A stretch of 64,000 bases of DNA from an uncultured Aquiluna sp. (GCA_913775595.1 CAJYLB010000001.1:1-64000); one strand, 5' to 3'; shown: positions 39,770 through 51,308, counted from the first letter of the stretch. Notes: a model not told the origin generated them from the sequence alone. A program made the numbers and translations.

Positions 39770-40593
39770 TGCGTAAGCGTTACGAGCTTAAAACAGATGA
39801 AGACATCCGCAAGATGCGGATCGCTGGCCTACTCACCGCTGAGGCGCTAAGGGCCGTCAGAGAAGCGGTAAAGCCAGGCATATCAACCCTGGAGCTTGAT
39901 CAAATTGCCGAGCAGACAATTAGAGCGGGCGGGGGAATTCCGAACTTTCAGCTGGTGCCGGGCTACTTTCACACAATTTGCGCATCGATCAATTCAGCGG
40001 TTGTCCACGGGATTCCTTCCAATCGCAAGCTTGAGGCGGGAGATTTGCTGTCGGTGGATTGCGGCGCAGAGGTGGATGGCTGGAATGGCGATAGTGCCTT
40101 TTCTATTGTCGTGCCGGGGGATGATTCCGATCTTGCAAGGCAGCGCCAAATCCAGTCGGATGTTTGCGAGGCTTCGCTCTGGGCGGGAATTGCGGCATTT
40201 GCTGGTGCCAGCAGGCTGAATGAGGTTGGCATTGCCATCGAGCAGCACATTAGGGCACAGGGCCCCTACGGCATACTTCAGGAGTACATCGGCCACGGCA
40301 TTGGCCGCACCATGCATGAGGACCCTGCCGTATTCAACTACAAGACCCGAGATGCTGGGCCAAAGGTTGAGCCGGGAATGTGTATTGCCATCGAGCCGAT
40401 GATCACCGCCGGTGACCAGCAGACCTTTATTCAGGACGATGACTGGACCGTTGAGACGATGGATGGCTCCGACGGAGCCCACTGGGAGCACAGTGTTGCA
40501 CGTCACTCGAAAGGGATCTGGGTGCTGACCGAACCCGACGGTGGAGTAGAGAGGCTAAAGCCCTTTGGAATTACCCCAATTTCTTTGGATTAG
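39769..40593 (+). CDS. map: Methionine aminopeptidase type I
   Basis: VVHGIP, GHGIG..MHE, IAIEPM, AHWEH. Confidence 0.97.
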   Translation: MRKRYELKTDEDIRKMRIAGLLTAEALRAVREAVKPGISTLELDQIAEQTIRAGGGIPNFQLVPGYFHTICASINSAVVHGIPSNRKLEAGDLLSVDCGAEVDGWNGDSAFSIVVPGDDSDLARQRQIQSDVCEASLWAGIAAFAGASRLNEVGIAIEQHIRAQGPYGILQEYIGHGIGRTMHEDPAVFNYKTRDAGPKVEPGMCIAIEPMITAGDQQTFIQDDDWTVETMDGSDGAHWEHSVARHSKGIWVLTEPDGGVERLKPFGITPISLD

Positions 40594-40713
40594 CCACTAG
40601 CATTCGCCTAATTTTCCCCCTAGTATTGACCCCTGGCGTTTCTTACGTGAAAAACCTTTCTTTTCGTTGGGCTTTCGCGTGTTCGTGACGCTAAAAAGTA
40701 GTGAAGTGAGTGC

Positions 40714-40935
40714 ATGGCCAACAAAGACGGCGTAATCGAGATCGAGGGCACGGTCGTTGAGGCGCTCCCAAACGCAATGTTTCGGGTAGAGCTGACCAAC
40801 GGACACATCGTCCTTGCCCACATCTCGGGAAAAATGCGACAGCACTATATCCGCATCCTCCCGGAGGACCGCGTGATTGTTGAGTTGTCGACCTACGACC
40901 TGACCCGTGGCCGCATCATCTACCGCTACAAGTAG
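40714..40935 (+). CDS. infA: Translation initiation factor IF-1
   Basis: [20 protein letters not shown]. Confidence 0.99.
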   Translation: MANKDGVIEIEGTVVEALPNAMFRVELTNGHIVLAHISGKMRQHYIRILPEDRVIVELSTYDLTRGRIIYRYK

Positions 40936-40946
40936 AAAGAAAGACT

Positions 40947-41060
40947 ATGAAGGTTAACCCCAGCGTTAAGAAGATTTGCGACAAGTGCAAGATCATTCGT
41001 CGCCACGGCCGCGTAATGGTGATTTGCGAGAACCCTCGTCACAAGCAGCGCCAGGGCTAG
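40947..41060 (+). CDS. rpmJ: 50S ribosomal protein L36, Zn-ribbon form (not in ORF track)
   Basis: [37 protein letters not shown]. Confidence 0.98.
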   Translation: MKVNPSVKKICDKCKIIRRHGRVMVICENPRHKQRQG

Positions 41061-41111
41061 GCCAGCCACCACAACTAAATAGCAAAAGGGCACCACAAAG
41101 CGAAAGCTAAC

Positions 41112-41171
41112 CCCCGGAAGAAGGCCGGGGCCCTCTCCGCCAGGGAGGGAGTGTGATGCCGAAGACCTTCT
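41112..41171 (+). promoter_or_regulatory. Structured rpsM leader with potential pseudoknot
   Basis: CCCCGG/CCGGGG stem; loop AGAAGG complementary to CCTTCT at 41166-41171. Confidence 0.55.
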
Positions 41172-41194
41172 AAAACAAAGAGAGCAATCTACAA

Positions 41195-41572
41195 ATGGCA
41201 CGTATAGCAGGAGTCGACATCCCTCGCGAGAAGCGAGTGGTTATCTCACTCACCTACATTTTCGGTATTGGCCGCACTCGCTCAAGCGAGATTCTGAAGG
41301 CGACCAAGATCTCCGAGGACATCAGGGTTAAGGACCTAACAGACGACCAGCTGGTCGCTCTTCGTGATGTCATCGAGAAGGACTACAAGGTGGAGGGTGA
41401 CCTTCGCCGTGAGGTAGCAGCAGATATTCGCCGCAAGGTTGAAATCGGCTCCTACGAAGGAATTCGCCACCGCAAGGGACTTCCGGTCCGCGGTCAGCGC
41501 ACCAAGACCAACGCCAGAACTCGCAAGGGTCCAAAGCGCACGGTCGCAGGTAAGAAGAAGGCAACCCGCTAG
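41195..41572 (+). CDS. rpsM: 30S ribosomal protein S13
   Basis: [22 protein letters not shown]. Confidence 0.99.
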   Translation: MARIAGVDIPREKRVVISLTYIFGIGRTRSSEILKATKISEDIRVKDLTDDQLVALRDVIEKDYKVEGDLRREVAADIRRKVEIGSYEGIRHRKGLPVRGQRTKTNARTRKGPKRTVAGKKKATR

Positions 41573-41601
41573 TCGCGGCAGAAAGGTTTAGGACTTAGAT
41601 A

Positions 41602-42006
41602 ATGGCAACCCCTAAGACAACCGCGGCAGCTAAGAAGCCTCGTCGCAAGGACAAGAAGAATGTGCCAGCCGGTCAGGCCCACATCCGTTCAACTTTTAAC
41701 AACACCATCATCACCATCACCGACCCAACCGGTGCTGTGATTTCCTGGTCTTCCTCTGGAGACGTCGGATTCAAGGGTTCACGTAAGTCGACCCCGTTCG
41801 CCGCTCAGATGGCAGCCGAGAACGCTGCCCGTAAGGCTCAGGAGCACGGCCTCAAGAAGGTTGACGTGTTCGTCAAAGGCCCAGGTTCAGGTCGTGAGAC
41901 CGCGATCCGTTCCCTACAGGCCGCAGGCCTCGAGGTTGGCTCGATCTCAGACGTAACACCACAAGCTCACAACGGCTGCCGCCCTCCAAAGCGTCGCCGC
42001 GTCTAA
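41602..42006 (+). CDS. rpsK: 30S ribosomal protein S11
   Basis: [22 protein letters not shown]. Confidence 0.99.
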   Translation: MATPKTTAAAKKPRRKDKKNVPAGQAHIRSTFNNTIITITDPTGAVISWSSSGDVGFKGSRKSTPFAAQMAAENAARKAQEHGLKKVDVFVKGPGSGRETAIRSLQAAGLEVGSISDVTPQAHNGCRPPKRRRV

Positions 42007-42057
42007 CAAAAACTTAACCCCAAAGATTCGGTCAGCCCAACCGGATCAAACCCCGAC

Positions 42058-42079
42058 GAGTATCAAATAGCGGGTACTC
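42058..42079 (+). promoter_or_regulatory. rpoA leader hairpin with AAAUAGCG loop
   Basis: GAGTATC-AAATAGCG-GGTACTC just upstream of the GAAAGGA RBS. Confidence 0.6.
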
Positions 42080-42098
42080 AGACGAAAGGAACCACATA

Positions 42099-43088
42099 GT
42101 GCTAATTGCACAGCGCCCCACCCTTCACGAAGAAGTTATCAGTGACAACCGATCACGATTCATCCTGGATCCACTGGAGCCAGGCTTTGGCTACACCCTA
42201 GGCAACTCCCTGCGCCGCACCCTGCTCTCATCGATCCCAGGTGCTGCAGTGACCAACATCCGCATCCAGGGCGTAAGCCACGAGTTCTCCACCATCCCAG
42301 GTGTCAAAGAAGACGTTGTTGAGGTAATCCTCAACATCAAGAACCTCGTGGTCTCCTCCGAGCACGATGCGCCGGTAGTTGCTCACCTATCGAAGTCCGC
42401 AGCCGGTCCTGTGACTGCAGCAGACATCCAGGTGCCAGCCGGTGTTGAGGTTCACAACCCAGACCTAGTAATTGCGACCTTGAACTCCAAGGGCAAGCTC
42501 GAGATCGAGTTCATCATTGAGCGTGGTCGTGGCTATGTTCAGGCAAGCCAGAACCGCAACCCAGATGCAGAGGCCGGAGTAATTCCAGTTGACTCGATCT
42601 ACTCCCCAGTTCTCAAGGTTTCTTACCGTGTCGAGGCAACCCGTGCCGGTGAGTTCACCAACTTCGACAAGCTTGTTGTTGATGTTGAGACCAAGAGCTC
42701 GATGGCTCCTAAGGATGCAGTTGCATCTGCAGGTGCAACTCTGGTCGAGCTCTTTGGCCTCGCCAAGGAACTGAACGAAGAGGCCGAGGGTATCGAGATT
42801 GGACCTGCTCCAGTTGAGATGGCGGCCTCGAACGAGCTCTCAACCCCGATTGAGGACCTAGACCTCACGGTTCGTTCCTACAACTGCCTCAAGCGTGAGG
42901 GCATCAACACAGTTTCCGAGCTCATTGCCTTGAGCGAGGATCAGCTAATGAACATCCGAAACTTCGGCTCTAAGTCGGTAGACGAGGTGCGCGACAAGCT
43001 CACCAGCATGGGCCTTCGTTTCAAGGATGCCGTCCCAGGCTTCGACTCCGCTTACTTCGGTGGCGGCTTCGACGAAGACCAGATCTAA
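42099..43088 (+). CDS. rpoA: RNA polymerase alpha subunit
   Basis: [27 protein letters not shown]. Confidence 0.99.
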   Translation: MLIAQRPTLHEEVISDNRSRFILDPLEPGFGYTLGNSLRRTLLSSIPGAAVTNIRIQGVSHEFSTIPGVKEDVVEVILNIKNLVVSSEHDAPVVAHLSKSAAGPVTAADIQVPAGVEVHNPDLVIATLNSKGKLEIEFIIERGRGYVQASQNRNPDAEAGVIPVDSIYSPVLKVSYRVEATRAGEFTNFDKLVVDVETKSSMAPKDAVASAGATLVELFGLAKELNEEAEGIEIGPAPVEMAASNELSTPIEDLDLTVRSYNCLKREGINTVSELIALSEDQLMNIRNFGSKSVDEVRDKLTSMGLRFKDAVPGFDSAYFGGGFDEDQI

Positions 43089-43107
43089 GTAGCGCAAGGA
43101 GAAACTA

Positions 43108-43767
43108 ATGCCTACCCCAACAAAGGGCCCACGTCTCGGAGGCGGACCAGCTCACGAGCGCCTAATGCTAAACAACATGGCAACCAGCCTGTTCAAGCAC
43201 GGCAAGATCACCACGACTGAGACTCGTGCGAAGCGTCTTCGCCCGATTGCTGAGCGCCTGGTGACTTTCGCCAAGCGTGGCGATCTGGCATCACGCCGTC
43301 GCGTTATGCAGCAGATCCTCGATAAGGGCGTTGTCCACCAGCTCTTCGCTGAGATCGCACCTCAGGTTCAGGATCGCCCAGGCGGATACACCCGTATCGT
43401 CAAGCTCGGCTACCGCAAGGGAGACAATGCCCCGATGGCCATGATTGAGCTGGTTCTCGAGCCGGTGACGCCAAAGCCAAAGACCAAGAAGGCCAAGCTG
43501 ACCAACAACGTTGCGACTTCGGCACCTGCCGAGGAGCCTGCAGCAGAGGCAGTAGAGGAGCAGGCCGAGGCAGTTGCTGAGGAAGCTCCAGCAGCAGAGG
43601 CACCAGCAGAGGCTGAAGCACCTGCAGAGGAGCCAGCCGCCGAGGAGGCGCCAGCAGCTGAGGAAGCTCCTGCAGAGGAGCCAGCTGCGGAAGCTCCAGC
43701 CGAGGAAGCTCCAGCCGCGGAGGCAGCTGCTGAAGAGGCTGCAGCCGAGGAAGAGCCAAAGGCCTAA
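43108..43767 (+). CDS. rplQ: 50S ribosomal protein L17 with acidic Ala/Glu/Pro C-terminal tail
   Basis: [15 protein letters not shown] followed by [11 protein letters not shown] repeats. Confidence 0.97.
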   Translation: MPTPTKGPRLGGGPAHERLMLNNMATSLFKHGKITTTETRAKRLRPIAERLVTFAKRGDLASRRRVMQQILDKGVVHQLFAEIAPQVQDRPGGYTRIVKLGYRKGDNAPMAMIELVLEPVTPKPKTKKAKLTNNVATSAPAEEPAAEAVEEQAEAVAEEAPAAEAPAEAEAPAEEPAAEEAPAAEEAPAEEPAAEAPAEEAPAAEAAAEEAAAEEEPKA

Positions 43768-43780
43768 CTAGAATCAAATT

Positions 43781-44644
43781 ATGAGTGTGCCCGCTGGATT
43801 GACCGGCGGGCTTACTCGTTTCCGCATCAATCTTGCCTACGACGGAACTGACTTTGTTGGCTGGGCAAAACAGCCAAACCTGAGAACCGTCCAGGGCGAG
43901 ATTCTTGGGGCTCTGACCACCATCTTTGGAGCAAGCCCAGATGACTTCGGGATGCGTGTTGCGGGTCGAACCGACGCGGGCGTCCACGCAGGCTTTCAGG
44001 TTTGCCATGTTGACATCACCGAGCAGCAAATAGCTCGGCTGGGCAGGGCACCATTTTCGGCAGCGAGGTTGGACGGCTTGCTCCCGGACGACATTGCGAT
44101 CATAGATATTCTCGAGGCGCCGTCGGGCTTTGATGCCAGGTTTAGTGCTGCAGGCAGGACCTACCACTTTGGTATTGCCGATCCGGCCTGCAAGCCTGAT
44201 CCCAAGCAGGCCAGGTATGTATTGTCAGTGGCTAGAGAGCTTGACGCAGGCGCAATGGATGTGGCTGGGAAGAGTCTCGTTGGCCTTAGGGATTTTGGGG
44301 CGTTTTGCAAGCCCCGAGAGGGAGCCACAACCATTCGAGAGCTCAGAGAGCTAGCTGTTGAGCGCGAGCCTGACGGTCGAATTCTCGTGACCTTGAGCGC
44401 GGATGCGTTTTGTCACAACATGGTCCGCTCGATTGTCGGAGCCTTGATCGCAGTGGGTGAGGGGAAGCTGTCTTTGGGCGAATTGGAGCAAATCACCAGG
44501 GCAGCAAAGCGAACCAGTAAGTTCAAGGTGGTCGAGCCCCACGGACTCTCGCTAGATGATGTACAGTACCCGCCGGATGACCAGCTAGCAGCTCAGGCAG
44601 AAAAGGCTAGAAATCTGCGCTCAGACGAGGATATTTCTGTTTGA
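43781..44644 (+). CDS. truA: tRNA pseudouridine(38-40) synthase
   Basis: AYDGT.F.GW, AGRTDAGVHA, FCHNMVR. Confidence 0.96.
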   Translation: MSVPAGLTGGLTRFRINLAYDGTDFVGWAKQPNLRTVQGEILGALTTIFGASPDDFGMRVAGRTDAGVHAGFQVCHVDITEQQIARLGRAPFSAARLDGLLPDDIAIIDILEAPSGFDARFSAAGRTYHFGIADPACKPDPKQARYVLSVARELDAGAMDVAGKSLVGLRDFGAFCKPREGATTIRELRELAVEREPDGRILVTLSADAFCHNMVRSIVGALIAVGEGKLSLGELEQITRAAKRTSKFKVVEPHGLSLDDVQYPPDDQLAAQAEKARNLRSDEDISV

Positions 44645-44669
44645 CCCTAGGGTGCAAAACCCCTAGACT
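44641..44669 (+). promoter_or_regulatory. Putative sigma-A promoter of rplM-rpsI
   Basis: TTGACC-17 bp-TAGACT. Confidence 0.65.
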
Positions 44670-44754
44670 TGCTCCTTGGTTCGGCGTTGCCGAGCGGTTT
44701 GAAACCGCATCAGTCTGCGGAATCACTCAACAAGAAACTACGAGGTAATTTAGC

Positions 44755-45198
44755 GTGCGTACTTATTCGCCAAAGGCCAGCGAGCTGAGCCACGAGTGGT
44801 TTGTCATCGACGCCACCGATGTGGTGCTGGGCCGTCTTGCTACCCAGGCAGCTACTCTGCTGCGCGGTAAGCACAAGCCAACTTTTGCAAACCACATGGA
44901 CAACGGTGACTTCGTGATCATCATCAACGCAGACAAGGTCGCGCTAACCGGCTCAAAGCTGACCCAGAAGATGGCCTACCGCCACTCCGGGTACCAGGGC
45001 GGTCTAACTGCCACCAGCTACGCCGAGCTTCTTGAGAAGAGCCCAGAGAAGGCAGTTGAGAAGGCCATTCGCGGCATGCTTCCAAAGAACTCACTCGGTG
45101 ACCAGATGCTGAAGAAGCTCAAGGTTTACTCAGGCAGCGAGCACCCACATGAGGCGCAGCAGCCAAAGACTTTCGTTATCGATCAGATTGCCCAGTAA
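44755..45198 (+). CDS. rplM: 50S ribosomal protein L13
   Basis: LGRLA, LRGKHKP, HPHEAQ. Confidence 0.99.
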   Translation: MRTYSPKASELSHEWFVIDATDVVLGRLATQAATLLRGKHKPTFANHMDNGDFVIIINADKVALTGSKLTQKMAYRHSGYQGGLTATSYAELLEKSPEKAVEKAIRGMLPKNSLGDQMLKKLKVYSGSEHPHEAQQPKTFVIDQIAQ

Positions 45199-45208
45199 GG
45201 AAAAGAAC

Positions 45209-45712
45209 TTGGCTGAAAACGACGTAGTAGAGACTCAGGCAACCGAGGCAGAGGCCGAGGTCACCACCTACAGCACCGAGAGTGCTCCGGTTGAGAAGAA
45301 GGTTCGCTCTCGTGGCGAGCTCACTCAGGCAGGCTCCGGCACCGGTCGCCGCAAGGAGGCCGTGGCTAGGGTGCGCATCGCACCGGGATCCGGCAAAATC
45401 ACCGTCAACGGCCGCACCTTCGAGGACTACTTCCCAAACAAGCTTCACCAGCAGCTGATTACCGACCCGTTCAAGGTCTTGGAGCTGCAGGGTGCATACG
45501 ACGTAACAGCCCGCATTGATGGTGGTGGCATTGCCGGACAGGCAGGCGCCCTTCGCCTAGGTATTTCACGTGCGTTGAACCAGATTGACGCAGACAACAA
45601 CCGTCCAGCCTTGAAGAAGGCCGGATTCCTCAGCCGCGATGCTCGTGTAATTGAGAGCAAGAAGGCTGGACTAAAGAAGGCCCGCAAGGCCTCCCAGTTC
45701 TCCAAGCGTTAG
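45209..45712 (+). CDS. rpsI: 30S ribosomal protein S9
   Basis: [26 protein letters not shown] start after AAGGA. Confidence 0.97.
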   Translation: MAENDVVETQATEAEAEVTTYSTESAPVEKKVRSRGELTQAGSGTGRRKEAVARVRIAPGSGKITVNGRTFEDYFPNKLHQQLITDPFKVLELQGAYDVTARIDGGGIAGQAGALRLGISRALNQIDADNNRPALKKAGFLSRDARVIESKKAGLKKARKASQFSKR

Positions 45713-45722
45713 TCTTTCGGCC

Positions 45723-47066
45723 ATGGCCAGGCTTTTTGGCACCGATGGCGTTCGCGGAACCGCGAACCAAGAAATCACCGCGACTCTTGCGCTAAACCTT
45801 GCCCAGGCAGCCGCAATTGTTCTCGCCGAGGGCGCTCGAGAGCGTGGGGAAAGACCGCGTGCAGTTATAGCCCGTGACCCCAGGGTTTCCTCAGACTTCA
45901 TCGCTGCAGCAGTGTCTGCAGGCCTCGCATCCTCGGGTGTAGACGTATTTGATGCGGGAGTGATCCCAACCCCAGCCTGTGCGTACTTGACCGCAGATCT
46001 TGGCGCGGACTTTGGTGTCATGATCTCTGCAAGCCATAACCCAGCACCGGACAACGGCATCAAGTTCTTCTCTCACGGGGGACACAAGCTTCCCGACTCT
46101 GTTGAGGATGAAATCGAGAGCAATATGGGTGAGTCCTTGACGCCAATTGGCGGTGAGGTTGGCAAGGTAGCTCGATTTGCGGATGCCGAAGATAGGTATC
46201 TTGTTCACCTGCTTGGAACCCTCGAAACCAGGCTCGATGGCCTGAAAGTAGTGGTTGATTGTGCCAACGGCGCGGCGAGTGCGCTCTCCCCTCAAGCTTT
46301 GAGCGATGCCGGGGCAAAGGTAGTGGTGATCGGTGCTGATCCAGATGGCACAAACATCAATTCGGGTTATGGCTCCACTCACCTATCTGCCCTGCAGGCA
46401 GCGGTAGTTGAAAATGGCGCAGCGCTAGGTATCGCCCACGATGGTGATGCTGATAGATGCTTGGCTGTCGATGAGAACGGCAAGGTGATAGACGGCGATC
46501 ACATAATGGCAATTCTTGCTTTGGCAATGAAAGACTCTGGCCGCCTGAGCCGTGACACCCTGGTCGCAACCGTGATGTCCAACCTCGGGTTGAAGGTGGC
46601 GATGAAGGATGCCGGCATAAAGATTATTGAGACTGGAGTGGGCGACCGTTATGTCCTAGAGGAGATGCGCTCTGGGGGTTATGCTCTTGGCGGCGAGCAG
46701 TCGGGGCACATAATTTTTAGCCAGTACGCAACTACCGGTGATGGATTGCTAACCGGTTTGCAGCTGGCAGCTCGAATGGTCGAGACCGGCAAATCGCTCA
46801 GCGAGCTGGCTGCCGTCATGGGCACATACCCGCAGGTTTTGATCAACGTCCCCGATGTCGATAAGTCCGCCCTAGCGCAGCATCCTGATCTGGCCGAGCT
46901 GGTCGACCAGGCGAAAGCTGATCTTGGTGAGGATGGCAGAGTGCTTCTTAGAGCATCCGGGACCGAGGCTCTGGTTCGGGTCATGGTTGAGGCAAAGGAC
47001 CACGGCAGCGCCCAGAGCTGGGCTGATCGAATCGCCAATCTAGTTGCCGAGAAGCTCGCCCTCTAG
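45723..47066 (+). CDS. glmM: Phosphoglucosamine mutase
   Basis: [28 protein letters not shown]. Confidence 0.97.
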   Translation: MARLFGTDGVRGTANQEITATLALNLAQAAAIVLAEGARERGERPRAVIARDPRVSSDFIAAAVSAGLASSGVDVFDAGVIPTPACAYLTADLGADFGVMISASHNPAPDNGIKFFSHGGHKLPDSVEDEIESNMGESLTPIGGEVGKVARFADAEDRYLVHLLGTLETRLDGLKVVVDCANGAASALSPQALSDAGAKVVVIGADPDGTNINSGYGSTHLSALQAAVVENGAALGIAHDGDADRCLAVDENGKVIDGDHIMAILALAMKDSGRLSRDTLVATVMSNLGLKVAMKDAGIKIIETGVGDRYVLEEMRSGGYALGGEQSGHIIFSQYATTGDGLLTGLQLAARMVETGKSLSELAAVMGTYPQVLINVPDVDKSALAQHPDLAELVDQAKADLGEDGRVLLRASGTEALVRVMVEAKDHGSAQSWADRIANLVAEKLAL

Positions 47067-48010
47067 ATCTTTCTTAGCAGCACCCGCTCAACCCTGTGTT
47101 CGGCACCCTTCTGCATCACAAGGGTTGCCCTCGACCTGGTCGGCTCAATGTTTTCTTTGAGGTTCACAAGATTTATTTCACTCCAAAAGCCCCGGGCCCG
47201 CTCCATCGCCTGTTGCTGAGATAAGTCCTTGGTGAGGTTGTGGAAGTAGGAGCTGGGGTTTGTGAACGCTGTTTTCCAGAGCTGCTCAAAGCGTGAGAGG
47301 TACCACTGCTCAAGGTTTTCGGGATCAGCATCGATGTAGATGCTGAAGTCGAAGTAGTCGCTGAGGGCAACCTCCTGACCCGGGGCCGGGGGCTGCAGCA
47401 GGTTTAGGCCCTCTACGATCAAGACATCAGGCGTAGTGACGGTTGTGAATTCACCGTCGACTATGTCGTAGGTGAGGTGAGAGTAGACCGGGACCTGGAC
47501 CTCACTTTTTCCAGACTTTATGTCTGCAACGAACTCAAGCAGGCGCTTTCGGTCGTAACTCTCAGGGAAACCCTTGCGACCCATGAGTCCGCGCCGCTCT
47601 AGCTCTTTGTTTGGATAGAGAAAACCGTCGGTGGTCACGAGCTCTACGTTGGGCATTCCTTCCCAGCGCTGCATGAGCTCTCTCAGCAACCTTGAGACGG
47701 TGGATTTTCCCGCCGCCACCGATCCTGCAACAGCAATTATGAAGGGGGTTCTTGCAGCCCTCTCCCCAAAAAACTCAACCGCATTGCCGTGAAGCATCTG
47801 GGCCTGCTTGACATAGATGCTAAGAAGCTCGCTTACTGGCAGGTAAACCTCACTGACTTCCTGGAGATCCAGCAGGTCACCGAGTCCACGAATCTTCCGG
47901 AGCTCTGCCTCTGTGAGCGGCATCGAGGTTGAGCCTGCCAGGTCTGACCAATCCGCACGCTCTATGGATACATACGGTGAGCGGCTTTGGGGTCGTTTGG
48001 CTGCACTCAC
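47063..48010 (-). CDS. coaA: Type I pantothenate kinase
   Basis: [26 protein letters not shown]. Confidence 0.96.
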   Translation of the reverse strand: MSAAKRPQSRSPYVSIERADWSDLAGSTSMPLTEAELRKIRGLGDLLDLQEVSEVYLPVSELLSIYVKQAQMLHGNAVEFFGERAARTPFIIAVAGSVAAGKSTVSRLLRELMQRWEGMPNVELVTTDGFLYPNKELERRGLMGRKGFPESYDRKRLLEFVADIKSGKSEVQVPVYSHLTYDIVDGEFTTVTTPDVLIVEGLNLLQPPAPGQEVALSDYFDFSIYIDADPENLEQWYLSRFEQLWKTAFTNPSSYFHNLTKDLSQQQAMERARGFWSEINLVNLKENIEPTRSRATLVMQKGAEHRVERVLLRKI

Positions 48011-48040
48011 AAGGGGCTATTCTGCCGTAGATTAGGGGCC

Positions 48041-49891
48041 ATGTGTGGAATCGTGGGCTACGTGGGCCCGGGGTCAACACTCGATGTTTTACTCGGTGGC
48101 CTAAAGCGCCTGGAATATCGAGGCTATGACTCGGCGGGAATCTCGGTAATCACGAAGGATGCCGGGCTGCAGACTCGTAAGCGAGCTGGAAAGCTCTCGG
48201 TTCTAGTTGAGGACCTCTCTCACTCACCGCTCAGCGAAGCCCAGATTGGTATTGGCCACACCCGCTGGGCCACCCACGGAGCCCCTACCGACACAAACGC
48301 CCACCCGCATCTAGGTGGGGAACACCTAAAGCTATCCCTAATTCACAACGGCATAATCGAGAATTTTGCCGAGCTAAAACAGGAGCTAATTGAAGCCGGA
48401 GTAACTTTCAGCTCAGAGACCGATAGTGAGGTCGCCGCTCACCTAGTTGCAAGAGAGTACGAGAAGACCAAAGACCTAACCGCAGCCTTTAGGGCCGTCG
48501 TGAGAAGACTCATGGGTGCCTTCACTCTGCTGTGTATTCATGAGGAGCAGCCAGACCTGGTTCTTGCCGCGAGGAGAAACTCACCCCTGGTGATTGGGCT
48601 TGGTGATGGAGAAAACTTCCTCGGTAGTGATGTTGCGGCATTCGTGGCACACACCAAGCGAGCGGTTTCCGTGGGTCAGGATCAGATCGTACAATTGCGC
48701 CGGGACTCAGTGGTGGTTTCGACCTTCGAGGGTGAGCCGGTAACTCCTGAGGAGTTCACCGTTGACTGGGATGCTTCGGCTGCCTCAAAGGGTGGCTGGC
48801 CCTCTTTCATGGCCAAGGAGATTGCAGATCAACCGCAGGCCCTTGGCGATACGTTGATGGGGCGGCTTGGTTCAGATGGTTCTGTGAAGCTAAGTGAGTT
48901 TGCTGGTTTCGACGCTCTTTCCAAGATCAACAGCATCACAATCATTGCCTGCGGCACTGCTGCCTATGCGGGTGAAGTCACTAAGTATGCGCTTGAAAAG
49001 TGGGCAAAAATCCGAACCAACGTTGAGCTTGCTCACGAGTTCCGCTATCGCGAGCCAATTATTGACGAGCAAAGCCTTGTAATTGCAATCAGCCAGTCCG
49101 GGGAAACCATGGACACCCTGATGGCGGTGCGTTACGCGAAGGAGCGCGGGGCAAAGGTGCTAGCCATCTGTAATACCCAAGGAGCCACCTTGGCTAGGGA
49201 ATCTGATACCACGATATACACCCATGCAGGACCTGAGGTGGCAGTGGCATCGACAAAGGCCTTCACCGCGCAAATCACTGCGGGACAGCTCGTTGCGCTC
49301 TCTCTTGCCTGGCAGCGTGGCGCAACAGAGCAAGACGAGCTGAGAAAGCTTGGCAGGGAACTACTAAAGCTCCCAAGGCTCTCGAAGAGGGTTCTTGACT
49401 CTGTTGGTCGCATGCGTGAAATCGGCCAGGAGCTGAAGGACGCAAAATCGGTCCTGTTCCTAGGTCGAAATGTCGGGTTCCCAATAGCTATGGAAGGCGC
49501 GCTTAAGCTCAAGGAGCTTGCGTATATTCACGCCGAAGGCTTTGCAGCCGGCGAGCTCAAGCACGGCCCGATTGCGCTGATCGAAGAGGGTCAGCCAGTT
49601 CTTGTGGTGGTGCCATCGCCTCGCGGAGAGGACTCCCTACACCCAAAGGTCGTCTCCAACATCCAGGAGATCAAGGCCAGAGGTGCCAAGGTCATTGCTA
49701 TTGCTGAGGAGGGGGATAGCGAGGTTGGAGAAAGCGCGGACGAGGTCTTCTTTGTGCCTAAGACCCACTCGTTCATGGCGGCCCAGCTCTGCGTTTTGCC
49801 ACTGCAGATTTTTGCCCTAGAGCTTGCGAGTGCCAAGGGTCTAGATGTTGACCAGCCAAGGAACCTGGCCAAGAGCGTGACGGTCGAGTGA
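48041..49891 (+). CDS. glmS: Glutamine-fructose-6-phosphate aminotransferase
   Basis: MCGIVG start, GHTRWATHG, PRNLAKSVTVE. Confidence 0.98.
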   Translation: MCGIVGYVGPGSTLDVLLGGLKRLEYRGYDSAGISVITKDAGLQTRKRAGKLSVLVEDLSHSPLSEAQIGIGHTRWATHGAPTDTNAHPHLGGEHLKLSLIHNGIIENFAELKQELIEAGVTFSSETDSEVAAHLVAREYEKTKDLTAAFRAVVRRLMGAFTLLCIHEEQPDLVLAARRNSPLVIGLGDGENFLGSDVAAFVAHTKRAVSVGQDQIVQLRRDSVVVSTFEGEPVTPEEFTVDWDASAASKGGWPSFMAKEIADQPQALGDTLMGRLGSDGSVKLSEFAGFDALSKINSITIIACGTAAYAGEVTKYALEKWAKIRTNVELAHEFRYREPIIDEQSLVIAISQSGETMDTLMAVRYAKERGAKVLAICNTQGATLARESDTTIYTHAGPEVAVASTKAFTAQITAGQLVALSLAWQRGATEQDELRKLGRELLKLPRLSKRVLDSVGRMREIGQELKDAKSVLFLGRNVGFPIAMEGALKLKELAYIHAEGFAAGELKHGPIALIEEGQPVLVVVPSPRGEDSLHPKVVSNIQEIKARGAKVIAIAEEGDSEVGESADEVFFVPKTHSFMAAQLCVLPLQIFALELASAKGLDVDQPRNLAKSVTVE

Positions 49892-49892
49892 T

Positions 49893-50246
49893 TTGATTTA
49901 TGGCATTGGAGTCGACGTCTGCTCGGTAGAGCGCCTAGAGCAGTCGCTTGGTCGAACCGATAATCTCGCAGCTCGCCTCTTTCACGAGGATGAGCTTACT
50001 CTTTCCGGACAATCTCTGGCCGCGAGGTTTGCAGCCAAGGAGGCTCTTGCCAAGGCTTTAGGCACTCCTTCGATTCTGGCTTGGAATGAGATTGAGGTGG
50101 CCAAGGAAAGAAGCGGCAAGCCTTTCTTTAGATTTCACGGGAAGACCGGCGACAAGATTGAGGAGCTTGGAGATTTGAAATTTCACCTTTCGCTCTCTCA
50201 TGACGGGCCGGTTGCAGTCGCATCGGTTGTGGTGGAGAGTATTTAG
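49893..50246 (+). CDS. acpS: Holo-ACP synthase
   Basis: GIGVD, ARFAAKEA..KA, LSLSHD. Confidence 0.93.
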   Translation: MIYGIGVDVCSVERLEQSLGRTDNLAARLFHEDELTLSGQSLAARFAAKEALAKALGTPSILAWNEIEVAKERSGKPFFRFHGKTGDKIEELGDLKFHLSLSHDGPVAVASVVVESI

Positions 50247-51308
50247 ATGCGTTCAATCGAGGTCAACCTAGACGCCATTAGAAGCAATTACTCTGCGCTG
50301 AGGGAAAAGCTGGCCCCTGCCAAGGTCATGGCCATTGTGAAGGCAAATGCCTACGGACACGGCATGATCGAAGTGGCTCGTGCGCTGGATGGCAATGTGG
50401 ATGCCATGGGGGTGGCGGATCTCTCCGAGGCGATCTCTCTGCGAGAGGCAGGCATCAAGTCTCGAGTAATGGCTTGGCTCATTGGGCCAAGTGACGACCT
50501 TTCAATTGCCGCGGCTAGAAACATCGAGGTTGGCATTTCGACGTTTGATCAGCTTGAGCGCCTCCCTGAGAATGCCAAATTTCACATCAAGATAGACACC
50601 GGACTTGGCCGTAATGGTTTTTCCCGGTTGGACTTCGAGAAACTCTTTGCAGCCCTTGCAGATAAAGACCCGATCGGCATCTTCTCGCACCTTGCTAATA
50701 CGTCTGTCTCGGAAGACCTAAAGCAGAAAAAGATTTTTGATGAGGCCATTGATTTGGCCAAGTCCATGGGTATCAGCTTTCAAGAGCACCACCTTGCCGC
50801 CTCAGCTGGTGCTTTGTCCTACGAAGATTTTCGTTATGACATGGTGCGTTGCGGCATTGCCGTCTACGGACTGAATCCTTTTGAGGATAAAGAGGTTGAG
50901 GGCATTGAGCTTCGTCCCGCAATGCGAGTTTTGAGCGAGCTAATAAATGTCAAGCGGGTCCCCGCGGGTCAGGGCGTTTCATATGGCTACCGCTACATAA
51001 CAGAGCGCGAGACAAATCTTGGGCTGGTGCCATTTGGGTACTCCGAGGGGATGCCCAGGATTTCTGCCAATCACGAGGTGCTGATTGCTGGAAGGCTGTA
51101 TCCGGTTGTTGGTCGAGTTGCCATGGACCAATTCGTTGTCGACCTGGGAAGTTCTGACCTACCCATCGGCTCGGAGGTAGTTATCTTCGGAGATCCAGAG
51201 GGCGGTGAGCCATCGGCCGAGGCCTTGGGAGCATCGGCAGGCACCATAAATTATGAGATTGTCACTCGGATTGGCGGCAGAGCCACGAGAACCTACCTGG
51301 GGCGCTAA
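50247..51308 (+). CDS. alr: Alanine racemase
   Basis: VKANAYGHG, DTGLGR, GRVAMDQ, TINYEIVT. Confidence 0.96.
   Translation: MRSIEVNLDAIRSNYSALREKLAPAKVMAIVKANAYGHGMIEVARALDGNVDAMGVADLSEAISLREAGIKSRVMAWLIGPSDDLSIAAARNIEVGISTFDQLERLPENAKFHIKIDTGLGRNGFSRLDFEKLFAALADKDPIGIFSHLANTSVSEDLKQKKIFDEAIDLAKSMGISFQEHHLAASAGALSYEDFRYDMVRCGIAVYGLNPFEDKEVEGIELRPAMRVLSELINVKRVPAGQGVSYGYRYITERETNLGLVPFGYSEGMPRISANHEVLIAGRLYPVVGRVAMDQFVVDLGSSDLPIGSEVVIFGDPEGGEPSAEALGASAGTINYEIVTRIGGRATRTYLGR

Noticed and set aside
42007..42098. Missing rpsD as a true gene loss
   Set aside because: Relocation of rpsD out of the alpha operon is known in several lineages; loss cannot be inferred from one window
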